Below, piece by piece: positions 50,935 to 63,900 of a stretch of DNA of 64,000 bases. Under the pieces are notes generated by a model. The model worked only from the letters and a program-made list of their open reading frames with translations, was not told where the DNA came from and made no database searches. The DNA is taken from positions 32,550,001 to 32,614,000 of the forward strand of contig OZ336899.1 in the NCBI GenBank assembly GCA_965287045.1. Reading direction: 5' to 3'. Position 1 is the first letter of the stretch; every line of letters starts with the position of its first letter. Source of the DNA: Carcharhinus amblyrhynchos (lineage: Eukaryota). The translations under genes and the position numbers were made by a program.

Positions 50935-51430
50935 TGTCTAATTCTGGGCACTGTGGTTTAGGAAGGATGTGAAATCATTCAGGGGAGGCAGAGAACGTTT
51001 CTGGTGACTAGAGACCCTCAGATACATGGGTCGACTGGAGAAGCTGAGGTTGGTCTCTTTGGAGGAGTGAAGGTTGAAAGGAGAGTTGATAGAGGTACTC
51101 AAAATCATAAGTGGCCTAGTCAGAGCAGATAGAAAAAAAGCTGTTCCACTGGCAAACGGTTGAGAACCAGACGTCACAGGTTTGAGATGATTGGCAAAAG
51201 AAGAGGTTTCTTTCACAGCAAGTAGTTGTGATCTGGAATGCATTGCCTGAAGAGTGGCGGAGACGGATTCAGTTAGAGCTTCCAGATGGGAATTGAATTA
51301 GCATCTGAAGGGGAAAACCTTTGCAGGACACAAGTGTAAGGGAGTGAGACTAGCTAATTATCTGTTCGGGAGGACCAACACAGCTTGATAAGCCAGATGG
51401 CCTCTTGTACTGTAACCATTCTGTGATTCT
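50935..51430 (+). mobile_element. Old CR1 3' fragment
   Basis: QFWAL, RLEKLRLVSLEE*RLKGELIEVLKII, tail gccagatggcctcttgtactgtaaccattctgtg. Confidence 0.75.
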
Positions 51431-52133
51431 AACATGGACAATAAGTGTGTCCCAAATTTTCAACGTGACTGAAATCTCATTTCTTAAAGCAAAAACACCT
51501 ATAAATTAGGAACCTACATTAGATGTCCTTTATTTGAATGTGTCTTCGTTTTCAGAACAGTCATTGTTGGTACATTAAAGTGATAAACCAAATATCTCAG
51601 CAATGACTATCTTTGGAACATTGCTTTCTCACTCTCACCTGGTACTGCACTTAAATCCAGAGTCCAACAGTAGGATTTTGATTCTTTAATTTCTTGGATT
51701 CTCAGTTCATTGCATCCTGTACATATTATACGATAAGTTGGTTGGTGCTATCGTTAAGTGCTGTATTGATACAGGTTTCATTGTGGCATTTATACTTGAT
51801 AACAGTGCAGCTGTTAATTGCAGAATCTTGTCTGATCCTTTCTCTTTTCTGCTGATCTCTTTCCATATATTTGAGGTAAAAATGACTCAGTTTCCCATAA
51901 CAAAATACCATGATTGTTCTGGGCTTTAAAAAGAGCAAACTTTCTAGACACTTTTGAATTCAGGTCAGCACAAACTAAAGCAATGTTGTGAGCTAGCAAA
52001 TGCGTCCAAGAAGAAACAAGTTTGACTTGTTGAGCGTTCGTATGAAGTTCATTGACAAATATTATTTCTACCGTATGTGTTTTGTTACATGTCAACTAAC
52101 AAAGCCAATTTATCCTTCCTTCAACCTTCCTTA

Positions 52134-52430
52134 GGGTGGCACAGTCATTAGCATTGCTGACTCACAATGCCAGGGACCCAGGTTCGATTCCTGACTTGGG
52201 TCACTGTCTGCGGAGTCTGCATGTTCTCTTTGTGTCTGTGTGGGTTTCCTCTGGGTACTCCGGTTTCCCTTCTCAGTCTGAACGACGTGTTGGTTTAGTG
52301 CATTGGCCATGCTAAATTCTCCCTCAGTGTACCCAAACAGGTGCCAGAGTGTGGTGACTAGGAGACTTTCGCAGTAACTTTAGTGCAGTGCTGATGTAAG
52401 CCTACTTGTGACACTAATAAAAAAAAACTT
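52134..52430 (+). mobile_element. V-SINE (HE1-like), tail type B
   Basis: Head, V-domain and tail ...gtaagcctacttgtgacactaataaaaaaaaa. Confidence 0.9.
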
Positions 52431-53060
52431 CAAACCTTGACTCTTTCACTGTTTCTGTATTGCCATTCTGCTTCTCAGTCTTGAATAAGCCACAGTTTCC
52501 TCCAGCAAAACTTTGGGAAGATCAAAGCAATTGTCTTCAATCTATTAATCCCGAGCTGAACTTCTGGTCCCATATCCTGTTCATCAGAAAAACTATCAAC
52601 TTCTGTTTAAGTAACCTCACCTGTGTCCGTCCTGCCTCAACCCCTCTGCCATTGAAATCCACTTTCACGTCTTTCCTGGCTCCTGACTTAACTATTCCAT
52701 CTTCCACACTGTAAACTTTTGGTGATCAGAAATTCTGTTGCCCTAGTCTTGTATTAAGTATAATTTGCCTGTCAGTCCAGTTCTTCACATCCACAGATCT
52801 CATCACTGCATGTCTTTACATCCCTTCATAGCCTTACCATCCTGTCTTTGTAATCTCCACCAGTGACTCGTCTTTTCAGTCCCCAGCCTCCGACTCAATT
52901 CTCTCCTCCTTATGACCCACCACTGATGCCATGCCAAAACGACTGACCTTCCTTTCTCCAAATTTTCACATTTTTCCATTTGCCTCATCTCTTTTAAGAC
53001 CCTCCTCAAAATCCAACTCTTTGCTAAATTTTTGATTATTCCTTCTAAAATCACCAATTA
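52430..53060 (+). mobile_element. Decayed L2-like LINE 3' region
   Basis: C/T-rich sequence with L2-like ccgagctgaactt...catatc and tttaagaccctcctcaaaatccaactctttg (FKTLLKxxLF). Confidence 0.55.
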
Positions 53061-54077
53061 GACAATGATTTTAAATATAAATGTAATTGAAGGGTTCCAG
53101 TGACAATTGTAAATTACTGAAGGTAATTTGATCGTCTGAATCATTCGGTTAGCTTACGTAAAGTACAATACGTGCCTGGGAGGATTATAACCTAGTAAAT
53201 ATCTTGTACGTCTCCTTTTGGCTTGTGAAAACAGTGACCTAGAATCATTGCGTAATCAGATGCTGAAATTCCTGACACTGTATAATACTACGATTATGTT
53301 TAGAATTTCTGTTCAATGCTGTTGCTTCTTCTGAGATCCACGTAACAGGAGATTTTAAGGTTGGACTCATTCACACTCTGGCATTTCTACTGAGCATTTA
53401 TGCTGAAGCAAGCAAATACTGTACTTGAACTGCTTGAGTTTTTAGTTGGCAGTGACCTGATTTGTAATGGGGCAACTGAAGGTGTAGTATGACAAAAGTA
53501 GCAACCAAAAGCCATTCTTTAGTGTAGAATAAGCAGGACATTATTTGCTGAGCGGATCTGGATGTCAAAAGTGGGTGTAACAATGGTGCTATGTTACCCA
53601 CTGATTTACTTTGCAATATTAAACATTTACAATGTTAACATATCAAATGATTCCTTAATGCAGTATTTCTCCATCAAGCATAATGCAAGTACGTCATTGA
53701 AAATGGAATATTATGGGTATATAAAAGGCTCCCATTGTAAGAGCCAAATAGTTCACAGGATCATATGCTGTGGGATCAGTCATTCTAGTGGCTTATCAGC
53801 TTGTGAACTTTGTTGCTGGAATTGTCGTAGTGTGGTATTTTTGAAGACCTTTTTTGGGAGACATGGTTAATGGACTTTTATATTTTATCTATAGAATTTT
53901 ATATCAATGGAAAGCTCCTATTGAAATTGATTGCATTACTCTGATTTCAAAATGAAGCAGTTTATCTATGCAGAATTATTGGAGGGAAAATGACTGCATA
54001 TTTCAAAATTATACCCATAATGCCAATATAAATAGTAACTTTCATCAATGCCAGAATTTTCATATCCTTGGGATAAG

Positions 54078-54358
54078 GTTTAAGTTTATTTATTAGAGTC
54101 ACAAGTTAATTTACTGCAATGAAGTTACTGTGAAAATCTCCTAGTCGCCACATTCTGGCGTCTGTTCAGATACACTGAGGGAGAATTTAGTATGGCCAAT
54201 GCACCTAACCAGCCCATCTTTCAGACTGTAAGAGGAAATCTATGTAGACGTGGGGAGAACGTGCAGACTCCACACAGGCAGTGACGCAAGCTGGGAATCG
54301 AACCCAGGTCACTGGCACTGAGAGGCAGCAGTGCTAACCACTGTGCCACTATGCAGCC
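54078..54358 (-). mobile_element. V-SINE (HE1-like), tail type B
   Basis: Reverse complement of head, V-domain and tail B. Confidence 0.88.
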
Positions 54359-54359
54359 C

Positions 54360-54640
54360 CAAGTTCTCCACAGCAATGAATTATTTTGGAGTATAGTCAC
54401 TGTTTTAATATTGGGAAACAAAAGCAAACACAGACAATTTATCAGCAGTAAGGTCTGGAAAAGCTGCAAGTTTTTTTAAACATAATGTTGATCAGAGCAA
54501 TTACTCTGGCCGTCTAGGAATACTGCCATAAGAACTTCTGCATTATCTGGGAGTGCGTACAAGATCTTGATTTAAAATCGCATTTAAAAGGTGCCAGGAT
54601 TACTGACATTGGGGGATCGATAGGAACTTGAACTGCAAGG
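54360..54640 (-). mobile_element. Decayed DeuSINE
   Basis: Reverse-complement similarity to 15140-15560 (ttttggagtatagtcactgtt...gggaaac; aatactgccataaga). Confidence 0.5.
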
Positions 54641-54780
54641 GAAAGGATCCAGTTGTTATCATCTTAAGGGGCCAATGGCATGGGACTGAAAGATGCTCTG
54701 TTCAAGAGGTATGCATAACTGAAATATTAGGGAGAACTACAAAGTTAGTCTCTGGATTACTACTTGAACAATGAAAAACT

Positions 54781-54972
54781 TCATAGAACCCTACAGTGCA
54801 GAAAGAGGCCCTTCGGCCCATCGAGTCTGCACTGACCACAATCCCACCCAGGCCCTACCCCCATATCCCTACATATTATACCCACTATTCCCTCTAACCT
54901 ATGCATCCCTGGACACTAAGGGGCAATTTCTTAGCATGGCCAATCAACCTAACCCGCACATCTTTGGACTGT

Positions 54973-55003
<31 letters not shown>

Positions 55004-55119
55004 ACACAGACATGAGGAGAATGTGCAAGCTCCACACAGACAGTAACCCGAGCCAGGAATCGAACCCAGACCCTGGAGCTGTGAAGCAGCAGTGCTAACC
55101 ACTGTGCTACCGTGCCACC
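54781..55119 (-). mobile_element. V-SINE (HE1-like), tail type A, young subfamily
   Basis: Close inverted match to 43675-44011. Confidence 0.92.
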
Positions 55120-55169
55120 CTTTGACTTCGGGTAAATAAAGATCAAAGGAGACTTGAATGCATCGTTCA

Positions 55170-58100
55170 AAGATTGATGTGGGAAAATGGGTTTTTATTC
55201 ATGGAGCACTGGTACCAATACTATGTGGATGGGTGTAAAGAGGGCCTTAACCAAAATAGTGAGGGAGTGGTTTAGAAAGTTAACGAGAAAGAACGGGCAA
55301 CAAAGTAGAGTAGTGGTACAGAAAATGATGACCAGAGTTTGATAGAAAGGACCAGGATGTACAACCCAAAGAATGTACCAGCAAAATGGGTCCAACTATC
55401 AAATAATGGTAAAAAGATGGAATTCAGAGTCTTGGTCTAAATTTACTGGAGCCAAAACAAGATGAATGAATTGATAGCAACAAAAATGGGTATGATATCA
55501 TGGCATTTACAGTGACATGGTTGTAATGCGCGCAAGACTGCGAGTTGAATATTCAAGGCTATTTGACATTTGAAGAAAGCAAAAGGAGGTAAAGTTAAAT
55601 TAGTAAATATTAATAAAAGATAAGATCAGTACAGTCATGAGAAGTGATCTTTGATCATGGTGTTTGGGTGGAAATCAAAAAGAATAAAATAAGTCACAGA
55701 TGAGAGTAATTTATAGACCCCCTAAAAGATGCTATATTGAAGAAGTGATGATGCTTGTAAGAAAGATACTGCAATAATTGTGGTTGACTTTAACGTTCTC
55801 CTAGCTTAGATGAATCAGATTGGAAAAGGTAGCCTTGAAGGTAAACTCAAAATATTTGAGACAATTTCTTAGACCAGTGAGTTATGGAACCAGCTGAGAG
55901 AGACTGTTTTGGATCTGGTACTGTATAATTAATTAATAATCTCATAGTAAAGGCAAGCATCATAACATAGATTTTTGCATTCAGTTTGTGAGTGATAAAC
56001 TTGGGTCTGAAACCAAGAGAAGAGTTAGTGGGAAAACAGATTAAAAGTAAATGAGCAGTTGCAGACAATTAAGGAGATGTTTCATAACTTTCAACATAGA
56101 TGGAATCATTGTCTTTCCCAATGAAATATAAGAATAAGAACCTAAGAACGAGGAGCAGGAGTAGGCCATCTGGCCCCTAAAGCCTGCTCCACCATTCAAT
56201 AAGATAATGGCTAATCTTTTCGTGGACTTAGCTCCACTTACCCACCCACCCACTCACCATAGCATGGTGCCAAGAATATGCTGTCCATGGCTAACGAAGG
56301 GAAATAGGGATGTTACCTAATACAAGAAAAAGAGGATTTGAATTTGATTTATTATTGTCACTTGTATTAACACGCAGTGAAAAGTATTGTTTCTTGTATG
56401 CTATACAGATGAAACATACTATTCATAGAGAAGGAAACGAGAGATTGCAGAATGTAGTGTTACAGTCATAGCCAGATCAACTTAATGCAAGGTAAGTCCA
56501 TTTGTAAGTCTGACAGCGGCAGGGAAGAAGCTGTTCTTGAGTTGGCTGGTACGTGACCTCAGACTTTTGAAGGTGGAAGAGAGAATGTTCAGGGTGCGTG
56601 GGATCCTTAATTTTTTGCCAAGGTATCGGAAAGTGTAGACAGAGTCAATGGATGGGAGGCTGGTTTGCGTGATGGATTGGGCTACATTCACGACCTTTTG
56701 TAGTTTCTTGCAGTCTTGGGGAGAGCAGGACCATACCAAGCTGTATACAACCACAAAAAATGCTTTCTATGGTGCATCCGTAAAAGTCAGTGAGAGTCGT
56801 AGCTGACATGCCAAATTTTCTTAGTCTTCTGACAAAGTAGAGGTGTTGGTGGGCTTTAACTATAGTGTCGGCATGGGAGGACCAGGACAGATTGTTGGTG
56901 ATCTGGACACCTAAAAACTTGAAGCTCTCGACCTTTTCTATTTCGTCCCCACTGATGTAGACAGGGCCATGTTCTCCTTTACGCTTCCTGAAATCGATGA
57001 CAACAATCTCCTTCGTTTTGTTGACTTTGAGGGAGAGATTATTGTTGCTGCACCAATTGCCCAGATTCTCTATCTCATTCCTGTACTCTGTCTCGTCATT
57101 GTTTGAGATCCGACCCGCTACAGTGGTGCTGTCAGCAAACTTGAAAATCAAGTTGGAGGGGAATTTGGCCACACTTTCATAGGTGTACAATGAGTATAGT
57201 AGGGGGCTGAGAACATAGCCTAATGGGGCACTGGTATTGAGGATGATTGTGGAGGTGGTGTTGTTGCCTATCCTTACTGATTGTGGTCTGAGTTGGGAAG
57301 TTCAGGATCCAGTCGCAGAGGGAGGTGCCGAGCCCAGGCCACAGAGTTTGGAGATGAGATTTGCGGGAGTAATAGTGTTGAAGGCTGAGCTGTAGTCAAT
57401 AAATAGGAGTCTAACATAGGTGTTCTTGTTATCAAGATGGTCCAGGGTTGAGTGCAGGGCCAGAGAAATGGCGTCTACTGTGGACCTATTGTAGCAGTAG
57501 GCAAACTGTAGTCCCGGAAGCTGGAATTGATTCGTGCCATAACTAACCTTTCGAAGCACTTCATAATGATGGATGTCAGAGCCACTGGCCAATAGCCATT
57601 AAGGCACGTTGCTTCATTTATCTTCTTGAGTGGTGGTAGACCAGAAGCTTGAGAAAATTTTAGTAACTGGCGAAGTTTGATTAAGAAAGAGGGAGAAATT
57701 AGAATGAGAGCGTACTAGAAGTTATTAGGAAAACCAACAGAACTAAAGGCTGACAAGTCCCTTGGACCTGATGACCTGCATTCTAGGGTCCTAGAAGAAC
57801 TGGCTACAGAGGTGATGGATGCCATGATTTTAAACTTCCAATGTCCCAAAGGGTTGGAAAATTGCAAATGTAAAGACTCTAAGAAAAAGGGATTCAAAAA
57901 AGCAGAAAAATATAGGCTGATTAGCTTAATGTCTATAATTGGATTCCATTATTGAAGAATTATAGCAGGATATTTTAAAAATCAAAATGCAGTCGAGCAA
58001 AATATTTAGAAAATGAAAATATTGTTTTACAAATTTGTAAGAGTCCCTTGAGAATGTAACAAGCAAGACAAATAGAAGGGAACTGATGGAGGTAGCATAT

Positions 58101-58400
58101 TTGGATTTCCGAAATACATTTGATAAGGTGTCACATAAAAGATTACTACGTACAATAAGAGTTCATGGTGTTGGGGCTAATACGGATAGAGGATTGACTA
58201 ATTAACTGGAAGTGAGGAGGTGGTATAGATAGGTAATTTTTCAGGCTAGTGAGTTATAATTAGTCGGGTGCCACAGGGTTTGATGCGGCAGTCTCATTTT
58301 AAAATCTATATTAATAACTTGAATGAAGGAACTGAGTGTATTTATAGCCACATTTTCTGACAAGACAAAGACTGGTGGGAAAACAGATGTGAGGAAGGCA
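55170..58400 (+). mobile_element. Old, long CR1 LINE (endonuclease to RT) interrupted by a young CR1 tail (56125-56262, -) and a Rex1 element
   Basis: IYRPP and IVVDFN endonuclease motifs at 55700-55800; after the Rex1 insert come KADKSLGPDDLHSRVL, YLDFRNTFDKVSH, VPQG and FSDKTK. Confidence 0.7.
56335..57620 (-). mobile_element. Rex1/Babar LINE, 5'-truncated, RT domain and 3' end
   Basis: [82 protein letters not shown] and LKNSFFPAAVRL are Rex1-type motifs. Confidence 0.88.
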
Positions 58401-58744
58401 CAAAGAGCTGGATTTTCATGTTGGGCTCAAGAAACACAAATCAACTTTGGGAACATGAGCCCTTTATCTCTGCCATTACAGGCATATATTTGCCTCTTGA
58501 AGGCATGGGACAGACAGGATTTGGGTTTTCAAAGTCCCAAGGCAGCACAGGAGGAGCGTGGGTGGTGATTAGAAGGCCCACTTGGTTCACTGGGATATCA
58601 GCCCAGTTCTCCAACATTGTTCCTATGCCCTCCAGCCCTTTTGCCCCTCTATGTCACTTCTTATTCACCATCCTGCTGTCATATTCCTATGCTGCCTCAT
58701 ACCCTCCTTGACTCCCATGTATTCTTCATAACCCACTCACTCAA

Positions 58745-58950
58745 TTATTTTCTTCCATTTATGGGATGTGGGTGTGTGTCACTGGTGAGACCAGCATTTA
58801 TTGCCCATCCTAAATTGTTCTTGAGGAGCTGCCTTTTTTGAACTGTTGCAATCTCTACGGTGTCGGTACGCCCATGGTGCTGTTTAGGAGGGAGTTCCAG
58901 GATTTTGACCCAACAAAAGTGAAGAAACGGCAATATATTTCTAAGTCAGG
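58745..58950 (-). mobile_element. AAGGGCAA-tail LINE/SINE 3' fragment
   Basis: atgggatgtggg...ccagcatttattgcccatcctaaattg; same tail as 11950-12150. Confidence 0.7.
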
Positions 58951-59329
58951 AAATATATGACCTCTTTGCTCATGGAAATAATCTTTCCTACTGTTCATCG
59001 AGCAGTAAGGATACATCAGTTGCAAACAATGAAATAATTAACTTCACAAAGTAAATCAGAGAAAGGGTTTAATAAAGAAACTTGATTACACCACCACTTG
59101 GGCCATGCTCTGGGCCACAAATGCTCTCCACAATCCCCATCTGCTTTCTTTGGTCAGCTGAACACCACGTCATTTTGCCATTGGTTACATTTGTCTAATG
59201 GCTCAGCTGGTCAGCTGACCTACTCAACATGTTACCATTGGTTACATTATAACAGATTCCAGTGTAATAATTGGTTACATTATAACACCTATCTTCTCTA
59301 TTCAGGCCCCTCATATTTTTGTACACTTA

Positions 59330-60400
59330 AATTAAATCTCCCCTCAGCATCTTCTGTTCCAAGAAAATAACCTCAGACTTTGCCATTTTTCCTTGTATGT
59401 AAAATTTTCCATCCCTGGGAGCATCCTCATGAACCTTTTACGTACCTTATTTCATGTGATCACGTGCTTCCTGTCATGCAGTACTCTAGCTGCAGTTTAA
59501 CTAGTGTTTTACACAGTTTAGCATAACTTCCCCACTGTTGTACTCTAGAGCCTCAGCCATGAGGAAAAGTATCCCATATGCCTTCTTGTAGATCTCCTAA
59601 TGTAGGTTGTACGAAATGTTGTACCTGACCTTCCATGTTACCTTCTCAAAAATGTTCCATCAAGTTGATGAGTCATGATCTTCCCTTGATGAATCCATAC
59701 TAATAGTCCTTAATTAATTTATCTGTACCTCATTAATGCTCCTTGTTGCTTTTTCAAATGACTTTAGAAATCCATATTAACTGTCATTGATTAATCTGTG
59801 CCTCTCTAAATGACAATTTATTCAACAAATATCTTAATATTTCTTCTCTCACTATCTATCCCAACCAATATTTCACACACTTGCTCAACTGCAGTGCCTG
59901 CTTCATTCGTGTCTTTTGTGAAAACAAAATGTATTGCATTCCTAAAGAGCCACTTCTTGCATCTGCACATATAATACTTTTTTGGTCTTTAATTGGCACT
60001 ACCTCTTCTTTAATTATCCTCTTGCTCTCTGTGTGTTTATAAAACATCTTTTGGTTTTCCTTGATGAGATCTAATGGAGAAAAACAGGAGCTCATGTGCT
60101 AGCTTTCAACAAGAGCAACTCCTCTGCTCTTCCCCCATTGGCTGGCAAATATTTTCTCCTCCGATTCTATCCAATTCCTTTTTGAATGTTACAGTTGTTT
60201 CTACTTGCATCATGCTTTCAGGTAGTGCATTCCTTATCTTAACCAGTCATTGATTAAAATAACAGATACTTTGCTCGTGCTTTGGTTCTTTTGTCAATCA
60301 CTTGAAATCAATGTCTTCCGGCTCTTCACCTTTCTGCCAAAGGGAACAATTTCTCCTTATCTGTTCTGTCTAGAACATACTGCCCTTATCCTTCTATGTA
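59330..60400 (-). mobile_element. Decayed CR1 fragments
   Basis: Minus ORF IKENQKMFYKH..SKRIIKEEVVPIKDQK and other CR1-like pieces. Confidence 0.6.
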
Positions 60401-61069
60401 GTAGAGGTTGCAAGTTTGGAAGATACTGTAAAAGCAACATTGACGAGTTGCTAAAGTGCATCTTGTGCACTGCAGCCACATTGCATATATTAATGAAACT
60501 GCCTTTCACACTTCAAAGTGATTACAATAGGAAAAATAGCTGTTTTTGGCTTTGATGCCACTTGCTGATTAGGTAGCAACCTCTGTATAAACTTCCCAAA
60601 AAAAGGAATAATCCATAAGAAAATGAGCTAACTGCAGACCACAAGAGGACTTTTCAAGATAACGTATTGCTGAAAAGAGACAGGTTGCTGAAACTTCTTA
60701 ACTTCTACTCATCAGGACAAATCCATGAATGCAACATTATAGATAGTCACAACAATTTATACTATAGGACAGAGCTTCCAAAACTGGGGTCAGCAGAACC
60801 CAGAGAATCCCACAGGAGCCTCTCAGGGACATCCGTGGCAGGATAGGCACTGTTGCAAAATTTTTAAAAATGCTGTAGAACTGCTTGTCCAATCAAAGCC
60901 TGGCTCTGGAGAAGCAGCCTCTGACTGGGTGAACTGGGAACAGGATGAAACTCAGATCTTCATATCAGTGCAAGCATGGACAGTGGAGTGATGAGAGTAC
61001 TATAGTAAGAGTATATAAACGATTTGATTGAGAAGCTTGCCAAATCAGAATTTCTACGCTTGTATTTAA

Positions 61070-61171
61070 AGTTTAAAATTTATTTGTGTCACAAGTAGGC
61101 TTATGTTAACACTGCAATGAAGTTACTATGAAATTCCCCTAGTTGCCACACTGGCACCTGTTTGGGTACAC
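61070..61171 (-). mobile_element. V-SINE tail type B fragment
   Basis: tttgtgtcacaagtaggcttatgttaacactgcaatgaagttactatgaaattcccctag. Confidence 0.75.
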
Positions 61172-61419
61172 CTGCCAACTCTTGCACAGGAGCAGGTGGA
61201 GCAGTCTTTGGCACGACCCAACAGACTCCAAAACTTAAAGGACATTGGTCCAGGGCATCTCCACAGTCAGAGCAGGGACATGAGCAGCCTGTTGAAGACA
61301 GATAATTACATCAGCCTGAAATGCTAGAAGTGGAAGCAGCAGTATCTGTAGTTTCATAATGGAATGCACATGAGTTTATAAACCACAGAGAGGGACACAG
61401 AGGCATGTGTAGACCCGTT

Positions 61420-62215
61420 AGAACAAATCACAATTACAAAGGAGGAAGTGTTAGGTGTTTTAGGAAGCATTAAGGTAGACAAATCCCGAGGGCCAGATGG
61501 CATCTGCCCGAGATTACCGAGGGTGACGAGATGAAATTGCTAGGCCTCTAACAGAATTCTTTGTTTCTTCATTGGACATAGGTGAGGTCCCAGAGGATTG
61601 AAGGATAGCAAATGTGGTCCCGTTATAGAACATAGAACACTACAGCACAAACATGCCCTTCGGCCCACAAGATGCGCCGATCACTTCTATACCTACTAAG
61701 CCATAGACCTATCTATAACCCCCAATCCCATTAGATCCTATGTACTCATCCAGAAGTCTTTTAAAAGACCCCAGCGAGTTCACCTCCACCACCACCGATG
61801 CAGCCGATTCCATTCACTCACCACCCTCTGAGTGAAAAACTTACCCCTAACATCTCCTCTGTACTTGCTTCCCTACACCTTTATTTAAGAAGAGTAGCAA
61901 GGATAACTCGGGTAATTATGGGCCTGTGAGCTTGACGTCGTGGTGGGGAAATTGTTGGAGAAGATTCTTAGAGATAGGATCTAAATGCATTTAGAACAGT
62001 ATAGTCTCATTAGTGATAGAAAACATAGTTTTGTACGAGGGAGGTCATGCTTCACAAATTTGGTTGAGTTTTTTGAGGAGGTGACAAAAATGATCGATGA
62101 GGGAAGGGCCATGGATGTCTTCCACATGGATTTTAGTAAAGCGTTTGATAATGTCTCTTGTGGAAGGCTGGTGCAAAAGGTTAAATCACACGGGATCAAG
62201 GGTGAACTAGCACTG
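61420..62215 (+). mobile_element. CR1 RT fragment interrupted by a young CR1 tail
   Basis: KVDKSRGPDG, ANVVP|LFKK, HSFVRGRSCFTNLVEFFEEVTK, MDFSKAFDNV. Confidence 0.85.
61626..61880 (-). mobile_element. Young CR1 3' end (TAGAACA tail) nested in the CR1 above
   Basis: Same family as 4185-4711; inserted within the NVVPLFKK codons with a TTA duplication. Confidence 0.9.
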
Positions 62216-63084
62216 GAATAGTCAAGTCTAGAGGTAACAAAGGCATGATGAGCTTAGATGGGTGAAGCAGGGTGATGTTATAGAGGTGGAAATAGGCACT
62301 GTCAGTAATGGCATGAATATTAAGCCAGAAGCGCATCTGAGAATTACATGACAACCAAGATTGCGAACAGACTGTTTTAATCTCAGACTGTTATCATGGA
62401 GAGAGATTGGGTTGGTAGCTTAGTGCTTATAGCGGCACTAAAAGCAATTCAAGACAATCAGTCAAGTGCACAACGTGGCTCATTTACACCTGCTAGATGT
62501 GGTATAAATTCATAAGGAGAGATCCATACTCTGCAAAGAGAAGGAATACGTGCAAGCCTTGTGCATTTGTTTTAATTAATGTCTAGTTGTCAAGATTAAA
62601 AGTAGGATTCTTTTGGGCAAGTCAAGAGGGACAAATGTTTGCCATGTGTCCCAGTATCAATATACTTTATGGTTACGAGAAGAATGCAGGTGAATAAATG
62701 TTTGTTATGTAACTTAATACAATATGCTGATTGTTACAAGAAGAATGCAACTTACATTAATGTTACATTGTTTGCCATTTCACTTTGGAGCCAGGATTTT
62801 GCAGGGCCTTGGTGTGTGAGATTTGGGGGGAGAGGGGGTGTGGAGGTGAGGGTTCCATGCCTGGTACCACCATAGGGATGGACACCTGGCCTCATGGAGC
62901 AACTAGTGCATCCTGATGGCCTCCCTACAGGTTAGGAAGTGGGAATAGCCACCTGATTGGGCATCCTACAGTGCCGTCCAAAAACACCCCCTCCCCATTG
63001 AACAAATGGACCTCAGTTCAGCATTGGAGCCTGTATAATTGGCCCCCAGCAAACCCCAACCCGACTTGCCTTTAGTAGCTGCTG

Positions 63085-63900
63085 CTCTGGCGTATAAAAA
63101 TTATCTTTACCTTAACATTCAATGAGGTAGCCTCAAGTGCTTCACTGGGCAGGGAATTTCACAGATTCACAGCCCTTTGAATGAAGAGGTTCCTTCTCAA
63201 CTCAGTCTTAAATCTGCTCCCCCTTATTTTAAGGCCTTCCCCCTAGTTCCACCCGCCAGTAGAAACAACCTCCCTGCTTCTATCTTATCCCCTTCATTAT
63301 TTTATAAGTTTCTCTAAGATCCGCCCCCCCCCCCCCCCCCCCCCCCAAAATCTTCTAAATTCCAATGAGTACAGTCCTAGTCTACTCAGTCTCTCCTCAT
63401 AAGCCAACCCCCTCAACTCCGGAATCAACCTAGTGAATCTCCTCTGCACACCCTCCAATGCCAGCATATCCTTTCTCAAGTAAGGAGACCAAAGTTGGAC
63501 ACAAGTACTCCAGGTGTAGCCTCATCAGAACCTTATACAGCTGCAACATTAACCTCACTGTTTTTAAACTTCATCCCTCTGGCAATGAAGGACAAAGTTC
63601 TATTTGTGTCTTAACTACCTGCTGTACCCACAGACCAATTCTTCGCGATTCATGCACAAGGAACCCAGCTCCTTCTGCACAGCACCATGCTGCAATTTTT
63701 TTATCATTTAAATAATAGTCCGTGTTGCTGTTATTCCTACCAAAATAGATGACCTCACATTTACCAACATTGTACTCCATCTGCTAGACCTTTGCCCACT
63801 CAGACTATGTACATCTGTTTGCAGACTTTGTGTCCTCTGCACACTGCTCTACCACTCATCTTAGTATCATCTGTGAACTTTGACACACTACACTTGGTCA
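63085..63900 (-). mobile_element. CR1 LINE RT/3' fragment
   Basis: [41 protein letters not shown]; internal C-run expansion at ~63324-63346. Confidence 0.88.

Noticed and set aside
59175-59290. Three spaced copies of ATTGGTTACATT resembling a CRISPR-like or regulatory array
   Set aside because: The spacing is irregular, there are only three short units, and the context is eukaryotic. More likely an internal repeat of a decayed LTR.
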